DNA of 63,343 nucleotides, counting the filler, from Chrysochromulina tobinii (Eukaryota): assembly GCA_001275005.1 (NCBI GenBank). It is 9 parts of 9 records of this genome, joined end to end, with 100 filler letters (N's around TTAATTAATTAA, not from the genome) between each part and the next. Parts side by side here need not be neighbours in the genome. Positions count along the whole stretch, not along the records: positions 19,067 to 28,345 come from JWZX01000291.1; positions 28,446 to 37,516 come from JWZX01000292.1; 7 more parts are not named here. One strand, 5' to 3'. The position numbers and the translations under genes are program-made. Numbering within the stretch: the stretch's first letter is position 1; the number at the start of each line of letters is the position of its first letter. The notes below the pieces were generated by a model. The model made no database searches. It had not been told where the DNA came from and saw only the letters and a program-made list of their open reading frames with translations. Positions 19,104 to 29,532 of the stretch are shown one piece after another.

Positions 19104-21707
19104 TTGCTTGCCCCTGAAGACAACCAATCTAACGCCTCAGCGTTAGAAACAACCGCCCCGCGCGGAGTGCTCGCCATCGGCGGACGACCGACGCGTCACG
19201 AGCGGATGAAGCCCTCGTTCGCCCTCTTCTCGCGCCCGCTCCTGCCGGGTTCCGCGGCTGCTTCCTCGACCGATGCCTCGATTACCGCCCTCCCTGGTTC
19301 TCCGCCGTCGCCCGCTCCGCCGGCCCAGGCGAACCTGCTTCCTCGCTTCGGCCTGAATCTTGAAAACCTCTCGTGCAGCCCGCCGGTGGACTGGGCAGCA
19401 AACGACCCTGCGAAGGCCGCGCCGTCCGCAGATCACACTCCGGAGCGCGGGCGTGGCGACTGGGAGGCGAGCTGGCTCAAGCGGCGCACGTCGCCATCGC
19501 GGCCGCTGTCATCCACCGAGCCCACGGCCGAAGGCGGCCAAGACATGCCTCCCGCTCCTCTCGTCGAAGCGGCCGACGACGTGCGCATGGAAGCTGAGGA
19601 CGCTGACGGTGATACAGATGACCACTCGGATGGCCGTGTGGCGGTACAGCCGCCGGCGTCACTGAACTACGCCGCCTCGGACGCCGACGAGAACATCGAG
19701 AGCATCAGCACGCCAGGTGCTGCCGCCGATGCTGCAGCCGAGGCGGCCGCTGCTGCCGCTGCCGCTACCGCCCATGTTGCGTCTTCGACCCCAGCAACGG
19801 ACGAAGATGCCACACCGATGCGTGGTGGCGCGGCCGCATTCGACGACGATGACCTCATGCCGGCGAACGCGGGGCTGGGTGTGGTGGGGACAGCCAAGGA
19901 GGCGATGGCGCTGGCTGAGGCGACGGCGCTCGCCCCCGTGCCAAGCCGCTTCCCAGCCGCGCCAGGCTCGCAGCGTGACATCGCCACCTCACCGTGCATG
20001 CCGCCCATTCCACCCTCGCCGAGTATGCTACCCTCATCGGGCTTGCTGCTCGGGCTCCAGGGCCGGCGGCCGCCCCGCCCGCCGAGCAAGGTGGTGCGGC
20101 CCGCGGGCGCTCTCGCGGACCGCCTCAAGCGTACGGCGAGCGCCCTCGCGGACAACGGCTCGACCGCTGGCCTTGGAAGCCTCGAGGGCAGCCTCGAGGG
20201 CAGCGCTCATCACGTCGGCGCCACGCCCGGAGGGCAGCCTCCCTCGAAGCATCTCTGCGGCGTGGAGCGGCAACGGTTGGGCAGCGGCGAGAGTCTAGGT
20301 GGGCACGTGCTCGGCTTCGGCGGCCTGTCGCCGCCGCTGGCAACCGGCGCGCCCGCAGCGGTGCCGCCCTTGCAGGCGCGCGCCAACCTCAGCGCACGCC
20401 CACCTCTCACCTCTGCGTTGACGCGGCCAGCCAGCGGCGCGCGGCTGCCGAGTGCGGCGTCGGCAGCGGCCTCAGCGGTGGACGGGGCGGGCAGCTTCGG
20501 CCACCGTGGACTGCGCGCCAGCACGGACGGCGAACACAGCGGCAGCCTCGCCAGCGGCCTCGGTGGCACTCACAGCGGCGGCTTGGGCGGCGGTCGTGGC
20601 GGCAGCACGCGCACCCCAAGCCTCGGCCTCGGCGGCGGTGCAGCTTGCGGCCCCCACAGCAGCATGGGTGGCACCCGACTGGTCGGCACACTCGAGCATT
20701 CACAACCGCCACCGCAGCAGCAGCAGCTGCCGCCGCGCACAATGGGAATGGTCGATGCATGCGCGCCTTCGGCTTCTGAGTCGGCTGCGCTCTTCGCTAC
20801 CATCGGCCCGCAGCTTGGCGGCGGCGGCAGTGGCTGGCGCGTCAGCCTCGGCGGTGCCACTGGCGGCGCTAGCCTCGGCGGCGCCATCGGTGGCGGACTT
20901 GCCGGTGGCCTGGGCGGCGGCCTGGGTGGCGGAGTAGGCGGCGGCCTGGGCGGCGGCCTGGGCGGCGGCCTGGGCGGCGGCCTGGGCGGCGGCCTGGGCG
21001 GCGGCCTGGGCGGCGGCATGGGCGGCGGCCTGGGTGGCAGCCAGCTGTCCCCGGCCGCTCCACCGCGCATCATCAACCCGTTCCATGACGTTGGCAACTG
21101 CGGGGCTGGTGGGGGCGCACATGCGCGCAGCGGCGCCAGCGGCCTAGGTGGGGGCGGCGGGCCCGGACTACCCCCCTTTGCGGCGGCGCCCGCTGCGGCG
21201 CCCGCTCTGCCCCACTTTGCAGGAGCACCTTCACTCTTCGCAGCAGCGCCCTCCGCGGCGGCGGCGGCTGAGTGGGGCTCGTCGCCCCCTGATCGTGAGG
21301 TGGCGCGCAAGGAGCGTGTGCGCCAGGAGACGCGCGAGCAGATCCCGCACCTGACCAAGATGAAGCAGAAGCTCTGCCAGTACTCAGCGAGCTTCTCGCG
21401 CCTCGCGAGCGACGCACTCCTCGTCGGCTGGGACGCCGACTTCGAGTGCGCGCTGCTGCGGCTCGAGGAGGACGTCGCATGTCTGCATCGGAAGGAGGCT
21501 AGCCTCGCTGCGCTCGACACGGCGCTGGACCCGATAGACCCAGACACGCGCGCGTTGGTCGCAGACGGCACGTCGCCGCCGCCGCCGCTCGCGATGGGCA
21601 GCGACGCTGAGGATGCCGAAGACGATGCCGAAGAGGACGCCGAAGAGGACGCAGAGGACGACGCTGGCCTGGGCCGGGCGAGCCTCGCTCGCTGGGCAAG
21701 TGCGTGA
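19104..21707 (+). CDS. Low-complexity Gly/Ala/Pro-rich protein with short C-terminal helical domain; probably 5' partial
   Basis: 867-codon ORF beginning right after cccttag (possible acceptor); (GGGL)n 12-nt repeats ~20900..21040. Confidence 0.65.
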   Translation: MLAPEDNQSNASALETTAPRGVLAIGGRPTRHERMKPSFALFSRPLLPGSAAASSTDASITALPGSPPSPAPPAQANLLPRFGLNLENLSCSPPVDWAANDPAKAAPSADHTPERGRGDWEASWLKRRTSPSRPLSSTEPTAEGGQDMPPAPLVEAADDVRMEAEDADGDTDDHSDGRVAVQPPASLNYAASDADENIESISTPGAAADAAAEAAAAAAAATAHVASSTPATDEDATPMRGGAAAFDDDDLMPANAGLGVVGTAKEAMALAEATALAPVPSRFPAAPGSQRDIATSPCMPPIPPSPSMLPSSGLLLGLQGRRPPRPPSKVVRPAGALADRLKRTASALADNGSTAGLGSLEGSLEGSAHHVGATPGGQPPSKHLCGVERQRLGSGESLGGHVLGFGGLSPPLATGAPAAVPPLQARANLSARPPLTSALTRPASGARLPSAASAAASAVDGAGSFGHRGLRASTDGEHSGSLASGLGGTHSGGLGGGRGGSTRTPSLGLGGGAACGPHSSMGGTRLVGTLEHSQPPPQQQQLPPRTMGMVDACAPSASESAALFATIGPQLGGGGSGWRVSLGGATGGASLGGAIGGGLAGGLGGGLGGGVGGGLGGGLGGGLGGGLGGGLGGGLGGGMGGGLGGSQLSPAAPPRIINPFHDVGNCGAGGGAHARSGASGLGGGGGPGLPPFAAAPAAAPALPHFAGAPSLFAAAPSAAAAAEWGSSPPDREVARKERVRQETREQIPHLTKMKQKLCQYSASFSRLASDALLVGWDADFECALLRLEEDVACLHRKEASLAALDTALDPIDPDTRALVADGTSPPPPLAMGSDAEDAEDDAEEDAEEDAEDDAGLGRASLARWASA

Positions 21708-22290
21708 GGCGCGCGCCCAGTCCGGCACACTGTCTGGCGCCCGGAGCGTGCGCGCACGGGCCGCGGGGGGGCTTGGGCGATCCAGGGGGGGCCGGAGTGG
21801 CGTGCTACAGGCGAGGGTGTGGATGCCGAACGTAAGAGCGCGAGACCCGCGTGAGAGGACATCGGGACTGACACTGCTCGCGTGGCAAGGGAACGCTACG
21901 ACCTACGCCGCCGGGATCCGGGAAGTAGGACGGTAGCATTGTTCTTGTGCGTTCTGGTTGCGCAAGCGTGTGCCTGAGAATCCGGGATCGATGAGCAATT
22001 TGTGGACTCTGCGACGCCCTGCACGGCACTCTCCCCGTTCGTTGCGCCCCCGCCCACATCGTGCGTTTCACATCAACCACATTGCACAAGCAATGCACAG
22101 GCGTCGTTGGATTTTTTATAATTGCCCGTGTAGGATCTCGTCTGTGAGGGGATGAATGATGGGCGCGCGCGCGTCGCGGGCGCCCGCTACAAAAAGCACT
22201 GCGCTGCGCACTACCCCTATGTTCACTGAGCGGGCGCCCAACACGACGGTGTGGAAGGACACTTGCCGGAATAGATGCGCACATCGCAAA

Positions 22291-24081
22291 ATGGCCGACG
22301 GTCTTGCGCCCATCCGGGAGTACCTGGCAGCCGTTTACCCTGCTGCTGCTCCGCGCCTCGGACACTTACCGTCAAAAGAACTGCATCAGCTCTTTGAGAG
22401 TCTCGATTACTATTACAGCTACTCTCCAGAAACGCGAGCTGCAGTGCAGCCGCCAGTGTGGACCGCTGGCAACGTGCCGCCCTTACCTTACTTGCCTCGT
22501 GGCGCATACTACCATGCGCGCGGCCATGCGCCTATGGAAAAGGGCCGACTGAACGCTATTCTATGGGGTTCGTTTGAGCGACACTCCGAACCCGTGAGTG
22601 TGATTGATGAGAAACTGCACCAAGACCAAGCCGCACAATTTCGATCGAGCTTCGGAGCACGGATGGGCCCGCAACCATCTTGGACTAGCCCTTTCGCCAT
22701 CGTGCGCTATGTGCATTTTCCAAACGGCCTTCGGACCCGAGCGTCGGCAGCTCATCCTCCAAAAGCACGGCTGGTGAGCACGGATGGCTTTTTTGATGTC
22801 ATGAACAGGAATGTGAGCAGCGCCAATGGCAAGGATACCATGATTCGTACCACATTTAGCCGAGAACCGCATCGCGACATGAGCAGCCAGCTGCATCAGC
22901 TGCGCGATGGCGACTTTGTTGAAGTCGAGCAGTGGGGTGGTCTTCTTGGATCTGAGGAATGTCCACCAGTTTGTGGGTTGTGGGCAAACATTTGGCGAGG
23001 GACTGGTGTCATGTTGCGCGTGAGCCAGCCGTTCGTGTCGTTCAGCAAGTCTACCGCAATCATCGAGATGGCCGAACGCGTTGCCGCACGCAATTTTTCG
23101 GCATTTGAAGAGTTGCTGGCACTGCTAGGGGCCGATGCTCCCGTGCGTGCTCTGCATGCCCAGCATCCAAGTGTGCCTCTTTGGGCATGCCTCAGCGCGT
23201 ACATGCTCTCAATTCTGCCTTGCGCTGGAGCCCGAGCGGCCCGTGGTGAAGCATACGGAAAGCTCGGCCGACGGTGGGCTGAGATGGCACGGCGCTCAAC
23301 ACCCGACGCTATCTTGCGATGGGCACTGGAGCTTAGAACGGCGTCGAGGGGCTCACCTTTCTCGGATGCAGAGCGTTTTGCACTCTATTGGATCATGAGT
23401 GTTTGCGGTCAGGGTCACTCGACGGTCGTGTCGCCCTTTTGGCACTCTTCGCCCGTGGGCCCCGACAGTCTTCTTGCAACGCTTGCCTGCATTCTGGGGC
23501 ACAAAACGATCGTGCTGACGGCTAGCGCCAATGATAACGGCCTGCTGCACCAAGAGCTCGTCGACTTCGAACTACCGCCTCCGATGGGTTGGCCGATTGT
23601 GCGAGCGGATGCGACCAACAATGTCAAGCGGTGCATTTCAAACGATGCGTTTGCATTCTTGGCTGAAGACCGCCGTGGTGGAGCACAGGCGAAGGCATCG
23701 AGACGGAGCCAGATGCTTGACTTTTGGAGGTCGACGGGAAAGTTCGCGCTGCCAGTCGATCCCACTGAGGGCCCCAGACAACGGCAAGTAGCTCCATGCA
23801 TGCTCGCGTTTGGTCACAGTGATGGGGGGGCGGGCTTGAATAGTGCGTGCGTTGGTCCGAAGCAGAGAACGCCTCCAACTGCCGCCAAGGCCTGCTGGGC
23901 GCATTGCAATGGTACGATGTCACGCGCAGTGCTATTAACTGCCTCATTAGGCCACGTCTTCACCAGCGGCGGTGCGAATCCGCGCCGTCGTGTGACGAAC
24001 CGTCATCTCGGTGAGAGTGGAGAGAACACCTCGAGCTTTAACAGCCGTGCAGGCAGGCGCTCGTTCGCGTACCGGCCGTGA
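22291..24081 (+). CDS. Hypothetical protein
   Basis: Long non-repetitive ORF (22156..24081); likely ATG 22291 (MADGLAPIREYLAAVYP); FVEVEQW..GLWANIWRGTGV motif; no assignable function. Confidence 0.7.
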   Translation: MADGLAPIREYLAAVYPAAAPRLGHLPSKELHQLFESLDYYYSYSPETRAAVQPPVWTAGNVPPLPYLPRGAYYHARGHAPMEKGRLNAILWGSFERHSEPVSVIDEKLHQDQAAQFRSSFGARMGPQPSWTSPFAIVRYVHFPNGLRTRASAAHPPKARLVSTDGFFDVMNRNVSSANGKDTMIRTTFSREPHRDMSSQLHQLRDGDFVEVEQWGGLLGSEECPPVCGLWANIWRGTGVMLRVSQPFVSFSKSTAIIEMAERVAARNFSAFEELLALLGADAPVRALHAQHPSVPLWACLSAYMLSILPCAGARAARGEAYGKLGRRWAEMARRSTPDAILRWALELRTASRGSPFSDAERFALYWIMSVCGQGHSTVVSPFWHSSPVGPDSLLATLACILGHKTIVLTASANDNGLLHQELVDFELPPPMGWPIVRADATNNVKRCISNDAFAFLAEDRRGGAQAKASRRSQMLDFWRSTGKFALPVDPTEGPRQRQVAPCMLAFGHSDGGAGLNSACVGPKQRTPPTAAKACWAHCNGTMSRAVLLTASLGHVFTSGGANPRRRVTNRHLGESGENTSSFNSRAGRRSFAYRP

Positions 24082-24300
24082 CACACGCCAGACGACGCCC
24101 GGTGTTAGCGATGGGCATGTTTTGGGTGGAGGGTGCATGTCCTCGTGCCTCGAGATCAGGCCGGCCCCGCTTTTACGTTTTAGAGCATTATAGTTGATAT
24201 ATACTTAATAGATAGGAACCGCTACGCACTAGTACCTTCAAGCTTTCGAATATCGATACGATACGGATAGATCGCGGAGCTTCCCGGCTTCCCATTACGA

Positions 24301-27300
24301 CTACGAGAAATCTTGTGCGTCCAACTCCTCAGCAAATCTTCGCAGTGCTGCCATCCCAAGCTGCCTCACGTCTCTTTCGATTTCGAGCCGCGCGATCTGG
24401 CACTGCAGCACATCGACTTGCAGGCATGGCGCCGCCACCCACGCCTGCTGCGCACGCGGCGATAGCTGAATCCGCTCGAGCCACATGGGCTCAGCCGGCG
24501 CGAGCGGTGTGAGCACCTCAGCGTCCGAAAAGCAGCGATCGATGTACTCGATCTCAGCGCGACCGCTAACCACGGCCACGAGCGCTCCAACCATCCGGCG
24601 CACCTGCTGCGGAGCGAACTCGCGCGCGGAGAAGCTCACGACGAGCCAGTCGCCTTGCGCCCAATCCTCCCAAACCTCCACGGGTGCGCAGGGCTGGCCC
24701 GCGAGGTGCAGCTTCGGATTACGGAGGTCATCCTGGATCGAAGAGCCACAGTGGTCGAGCACGAGCTGCAGGTGGCGGGCGTCAGCATGGGCGCCGCGCA
24801 GCCGCGCCTTCTCGCTGCAAAAGTTGTGGAAGGAGCGCGGGCGCCTTTTGATCGTCCGTGAAGCTCTGACGAAACCCTCGCCGCCCTCGCCGCCCTCGCC
24901 CCTGCCCTCGCCGCCCTCGCCCCTGCCCTCGACCTCCGAGCGGGGCTCAGTCAGGTTCTCCATCTGCGCAGCTGCCTCGCTTACCTCGCCGTCGGTCAAA
25001 CGTTTGAGAGTCGCCTTGACGCGATGATGCACGCCCAGCTTACCCAGTGCCTCTGCAGCGGCCATAGCACCCAACGCCCGGCCGCGCCACTCCTTGCCGT
25101 CGAGCACCACTACGGCGCGCGCGGCCGCCTCCGCGCTCGCAAATTGAATCTCGCAGAAGCCAGCGCTCTGCGGCACAGGCGGGCCGAGCGCCTCGAGCTC
25201 GACGCTAGCTAGCAGCGCCGCCACGCCCTCCTCGCTCGTCTCTTCGGCCAGTCCGCTGAGCCAGACGCGCGCTTGCAGCGAATCGGGCGTCGTATCGGGC
25301 GCCCGCCCCGTGCGCTCGATACGGCGCTCGGCGACACGCATCAGCAGAGCGTACGGCAGGGCGTACTTATACACAAGCCGTTGGGCAGCATGGCGCCCAT
25401 CGAGTTTCAAGCCGTCGCCGTCCAGCGGTGGCATCATGCGCGGTGCCACCGTCGCCGAGCCGTGCACGCTGACCGTGCTGTTGCCGGGCTCAGCGCTGCT
25501 CGCCGAGGCGCCATCGTGGGCGCTGTGTGTGGACGCGGCCTTCGCTGTCGCACGTTTGAGCGCGGGAAGCAGCGCTCGCGGGAAGGGACGGTTGAGCGAG
25601 TTGAAGTCCGGCGTGACAGCAAGCGAGGTATCGACGTCCGAGCCGCGGCGTCCGCCGCTGGCGCGTGCAGCAAGCACGTGGATGCCGGTACCCTGGAGCC
25701 GCTCCTCGAAGCTGCGCGCATCCTCAGCACTTGGCCGACGTGGCAGTTGCAGGAGGAACCAATTTTGGAACGCCGAGGCGTGCTTCTCTGTCCGCACAAG
25801 AGGCGTCACACTCACCTGCGCCGCCTCCTTGGCACTGGCGCCCCACACGTGCCGCGCCGCACGCAGAACGCACCCGCCCACAGTCGGACGCGAGGCCTCC
25901 TCGGCAGAGTCGCTGTGGAACGCACCGTAGAGCCGCGCGCCAGCATACGCGAGCAAAAGCGCAAGCCGTACAGACTCGCGTACTCGCGGCGCCGCCGTGT
26001 CGCAGCCCTCGCCCAGGTGCTTGAACAGTCGGGTGCGCGACGTAAAGACGTCACCGCAGTGCACACACGTAAGCGATGCCCCCGACACCGGCCCCGGCGG
26101 CGCCGGCACCGCTTCACATTCGCCCGGCTGCTCTTGCTCTTGCTGCTGCTGCGGCGGCTGCGGCGGTTGCGGCGGCTGCGGCGGCGGCGGCGGCGGCGGC
26201 AGCTGCTGCTGGCGCCATTCGCGAAGGACGGCCACGGGCTCGGGCACGCCTAGTGCCTGAACATGCTGCGAGAGGGCCTCGACAGTAGGAAAGCCGAACC
26301 CGCAGACCGTGCACACGTGCTGCTCGCCCTCTGCTGACGACATGCCCGCCTTGCCGTCCGCGTCAGTGCCTGTCACCCCTCGTAGTGCCTCGCCATCAGG
26401 CCGCGGCGTCGCGTGCCACAGCAGCTCGACGGAGCGGTCGACGCTCATGTCCATGTCGCCCTCGCTCCGTCGATGCTCGTACCCAAAACGGCTGAGCCAG
26501 TGCTTGCTGCCCAGTGCCCCGTTGCGGAATCGTTTTCGGGCTGCCCACCCTTCCTCAGCTGCCCGGCACGGCGCGATGGTCACGCGACCCTGCGGGCCGA
26601 GGCGCACCAGGCCGGCGGAGGCGGCCGGCACCGCCACGTCCAGCCACACAGGCGGCGCCAAGCCGAGGCGTCGGCCATGTGCCTCGACCGACCATGCCTT
26701 CGGCTGGTTCCCACAGAGCGTCAAGTGCACGCAGCCACCGACGGAAGGGAGGAGCGCAGCGGCGGATGCCAGGTAATGCGCGATGAGCACCTCGTGGCGC
26801 CGCGCGTGCGCCTGCACGTCGCTCAGGTCGGCGAGGCCGAGGTGCGGGTGGTTAAAGATGACGTGGTCCTGGCGGCCGAGCGCCGGCTCGGCCCGCTCGA
26901 GTGCTGTCGCGTCGATGCCGTGCCGAATGCAGACTCGACGCTCGCGTAGCTCGGCAAGTGTCGCGGCTGCTGCAGCATACGTCTCAAGTAGCTCCTCCTC
27001 ACGCAGCAAGGTGCTGGCGGTTAGCTCGATCGCACTGCCATAGGCTCGAGCGAGCGCGAGGGAGTAAGATAGATCGCCATCGCCCACCGTGAGTACGCGT
27101 GGCGGTTTGTGAACTGCTTCGGTGGTGGCCTCTTCTTTGCGAAGATTTGCAGGTCGGATAGCTATTGATTTCGTCTCGCCGTCCAGCCGCACGCCAGCAC
27201 GGCCATGCACCTGGTGCCAAGACATGACGCGCCCCGAGCAGCCATTGAGATCAGGGCGACCCGTTAGCCCATGGACGATGACGCGTGCGCCGAGCAGGTC

Positions 27301-27396
27301 GTTGAATTCGTCCGGCTCGGCCTCCGGCATCGTGAGGCCGCTGACCCTATTCTGCTGGCGATCGACGACGGGCGGCGGGGTCTCCTCCGCCGGCAT
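24301..27396 (-). CDS. Fusion: SH3/KOW-like + BMT5/DUF2431-like uridine-N3 methyltransferase + 2 C2H2-type zinc fingers + TruA/Pus1-like pseudouridine synthase with inserted RRM
   Basis: VLTVGDGDLSYSLALA, HGIDATAL, VIFNHPH (BMT5-like); CTVCGFGF..H, CVHCGDVFTSRTRLFKHL; LLLAYAGARLYG, RTEKHASA, SFHNFC, FAPQQVRRMVGAL, LAPAEPMWL (TruA-like); VWLSGL..GFCEIQF..LDGKEWRGRAL (RRM). Confidence 0.8.
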   Translation of the reverse strand: MPAEETPPPVVDRQQNRVSGLTMPEAEPDEFNDLLGARVIVHGLTGRPDLNGCSGRVMSWHQVHGRAGVRLDGETKSIAIRPANLRKEEATTEAVHKPPRVLTVGDGDLSYSLALARAYGSAIELTASTLLREEELLETYAAAAATLAELRERRVCIRHGIDATALERAEPALGRQDHVIFNHPHLGLADLSDVQAHARRHEVLIAHYLASAAALLPSVGGCVHLTLCGNQPKAWSVEAHGRRLGLAPPVWLDVAVPAASAGLVRLGPQGRVTIAPCRAAEEGWAARKRFRNGALGSKHWLSRFGYEHRRSEGDMDMSVDRSVELLWHATPRPDGEALRGVTGTDADGKAGMSSAEGEQHVCTVCGFGFPTVEALSQHVQALGVPEPVAVLREWRQQQLPPPPPPPQPPQPPQPPQQQQEQEQPGECEAVPAPPGPVSGASLTCVHCGDVFTSRTRLFKHLGEGCDTAAPRVRESVRLALLLAYAGARLYGAFHSDSAEEASRPTVGGCVLRAARHVWGASAKEAAQVSVTPLVRTEKHASAFQNWFLLQLPRRPSAEDARSFEERLQGTGIHVLAARASGGRRGSDVDTSLAVTPDFNSLNRPFPRALLPALKRATAKAASTHSAHDGASASSAEPGNSTVSVHGSATVAPRMMPPLDGDGLKLDGRHAAQRLVYKYALPYALLMRVAERRIERTGRAPDTTPDSLQARVWLSGLAEETSEEGVAALLASVELEALGPPVPQSAGFCEIQFASAEAAARAVVVLDGKEWRGRALGAMAAAEALGKLGVHHRVKATLKRLTDGEVSEAAAQMENLTEPRSEVEGRGEGGEGRGEGGEGGEGFVRASRTIKRRPRSFHNFCSEKARLRGAHADARHLQLVLDHCGSSIQDDLRNPKLHLAGQPCAPVEVWEDWAQGDWLVVSFSAREFAPQQVRRMVGALVAVVSGRAEIEYIDRCFSDAEVLTPLAPAEPMWLERIQLSPRAQQAWVAAPCLQVDVLQCQIARLEIERDVRQLGMAALRRFAEELDAQDFS

Positions 27397-27841
27397 CTCA
27401 GTGCCCGCGAGTTCGGAAGACACGTGGCGCCATGGTGGAAGGTGGATGCGTGAATGTGAATGTGTGTGTGAATTGAAAACAGGACCAACACAGTACGGCG
27501 CTCATGCAGGCGCGTCCCCGGGGGGCGCGCTTACATGACTACTGGCAACAGGCCAGCAAGCGGGGCGCCGCTAAGGAGGTGAGATTTCCTGGATTTCGCC
27601 CGGATGGTGACGGGGAGCGCCGCGCCGATCACGGCGGCGAGCGAGATGAGGCGCAGGTGGTGTGTGTGTGATCATGTGTCCGTGGCGGCGCGAGGGACGT
27701 CGGAATTGAGATTCGCGAAATCGAGATTCGCGCCCCGACTTGGTGGTCATCGTGCTCGTTAGTGGTCATCGTGCTCGTTATACAGATACAACGCTCAACG
27801 GGAATGCCTACACCGGGGCCTGTGGCCGGTGCCCGCGCGCG

Positions 27842-27909
27842 GTAAGAAAGTAAGTAAAACATGCCAACAGGTAGCGTACACGTGGCGAGGGGGATGCCCC
27901 CAGGCATAC
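27842..27909 (-). repeat. Short interspersed repeat, copy 2
   Basis: gtaagaaagtaagtaaaacatgccaacaggtagcgtacacgtggcgagggggatgcccccaggcatac matches 66..136. Confidence 0.7.
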
Positions 27910-28345
27910 AATTACCTCATCGCTAATGGGCTTTCGGCTTTGAAAGATTGAAGTTTAGAACACTGACAGTCTGATTTCACTGATCAAACTACTGTGGACT
28001 CGGCTCTGTGGAGGGTTACTGTGGGGCGCACTTTTTTGACTTAATGGGGGTCCTTCTCACTACTGTTCAGGGGTTCCCGCCAATTGGCTTAGGGTAGCTT
28101 GTTCAGTTACAAATCTCTCTACTGACACTCCCTGGGGGATAAATGCCATTCATGGCGGCTTGAACACTGTGCGCGCGGGTATGCGGGGCGGGACGGCCAC
28201 CGGGGGAGAATCGATTTGCGAAATGGAAACGGCTCCACGCGGCACCGCCTTGATCTTTCGCGCATCGCACAGAGCTCAGTCCATCTGTTCCATCTCGCCG
28301 CTGCCAGTTTGCTGCATGGCGCTGTGCGCCTTCATCCGAGCGTCG

Positions 28346-28445
28346 NNNNNNNNNNNNNNNNNNNNNNNNNNNNNNNNNNNNNNNNNNNNTTAATTAATTA
28401 ANNNNNNNNNNNNNNNNNNNNNNNNNNNNNNNNNNNNNNNNNNNN
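28346..28445. other. Artificial contig spacer
   Basis: N44-TTAATTAATTAA-N44. Confidence 0.98.
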
Positions 28446-28446
28446 G

Positions 28447-28483
<37 letters not shown>

Positions 28484-28484
<1 letters not shown>

Positions 28485-28909
28485 CTCGAGTCCCTGCTCA
28501 GCGTCGCGGTCGGTGCCGCTTCGACGACGCACGGTCGATGCGCTGCGAAGACGGTTCCGATTGCGGGCCGTGCGTGTGCAACGCGGGATGGAGTGGCATC
28601 GACTGCACACAGCCTTTGTGCCCAGGGAGCTGCTCTGGTCATGGGTGGTGCACCGACGCGGGATGCCAGTGCTACTCGGGCTTCGAGGGGCGCGACTGCG
28701 CGCAGCCCACATGCCCCAGGAACTGTTCAGGCCACGGCACGTGCGAGGCGGGCAGGTGTCGCTGCGATGCGGGATGGGCTGACGCCGACTGTAGCCTCCC
28801 TGCTCACCCTTTTCGGTCATCAACCGCCACGCGTATCTGGATGCCAGCGAGCAACCTCATGCGCGAAGCGCCGGGCACGGCACCAGGGTCGGTTGAGAGC
28901 GATGGATGA
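28484..28909 (+). CDS. Tenascin-type EGF-repeat protein, 3' end only
   Basis: CVCNAGWSGIDC, CPGSCSGHGWC..CQCYSGFEGRDC, CPRNCSGHGTC..CRCDAGWADADC; contig begins in a poly-C run. Confidence 0.8.
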
Positions 28910-29532
28910 GACATTCTGCTTCTCCGACGCGCGGCGTGGCCGTAGCGCGAAGCGCGGCAGCGAGGAAGTGCTTACCGTAAGCCTCCGAGCTCCGAGATGC
29001 GCTACACACACAGCGCGGTCGGCTTGAAGAGATTGAGTCTGCCTCTTGCGTGTTGGGAGCTGGGCTTTGTTCTCCGCGTCGCTCCGCTCCCGGCGTTCTT
29101 GCTTCTTCTCGCGGGCCATGCGGAGGCGGTGTCAGTTATCAGAGTTACGCAGTCGGCGCCCAGCGGGGCCGGGGGCGGGGCGCGGGGCGCGGAGCCGACG
29201 CGAAACCAGGAAACTCTCCGCATCGTGACCGCTAAACTCCCCGCCGTCCGTTGACCGATAGGCGGTAATTACGAAAGGTTAACTGAAGGTTAACTATGGC
29301 GCGGTCGAAGGGCGGGATAACGAACGTCGCGTACCGTTGTTCGCACGGTGCCGCTACGATTGGCTATAGACGGATCCGTGCGCCGCAGATCTCCGCGCCG
29401 GTACAGTAAGGTACAGTGCTCCCGCGCCGGCGTCCGGGTCCGCGCTCTCCCTGCGCAGGACCGCACGCGTAGCATGCGCTCTTTCTGGGCGCGACACTCC
29501 GAGTCCGACACGCCTGTGTGATCAGCGATCAG

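Noticed and set aside
28446..28483. Poly-C run, and (CCT)n/(GCT)n runs elsewhere
   Set aside because: Simple homopolymer or coding trinucleotide repeats, some at contig breaks; no further signal.
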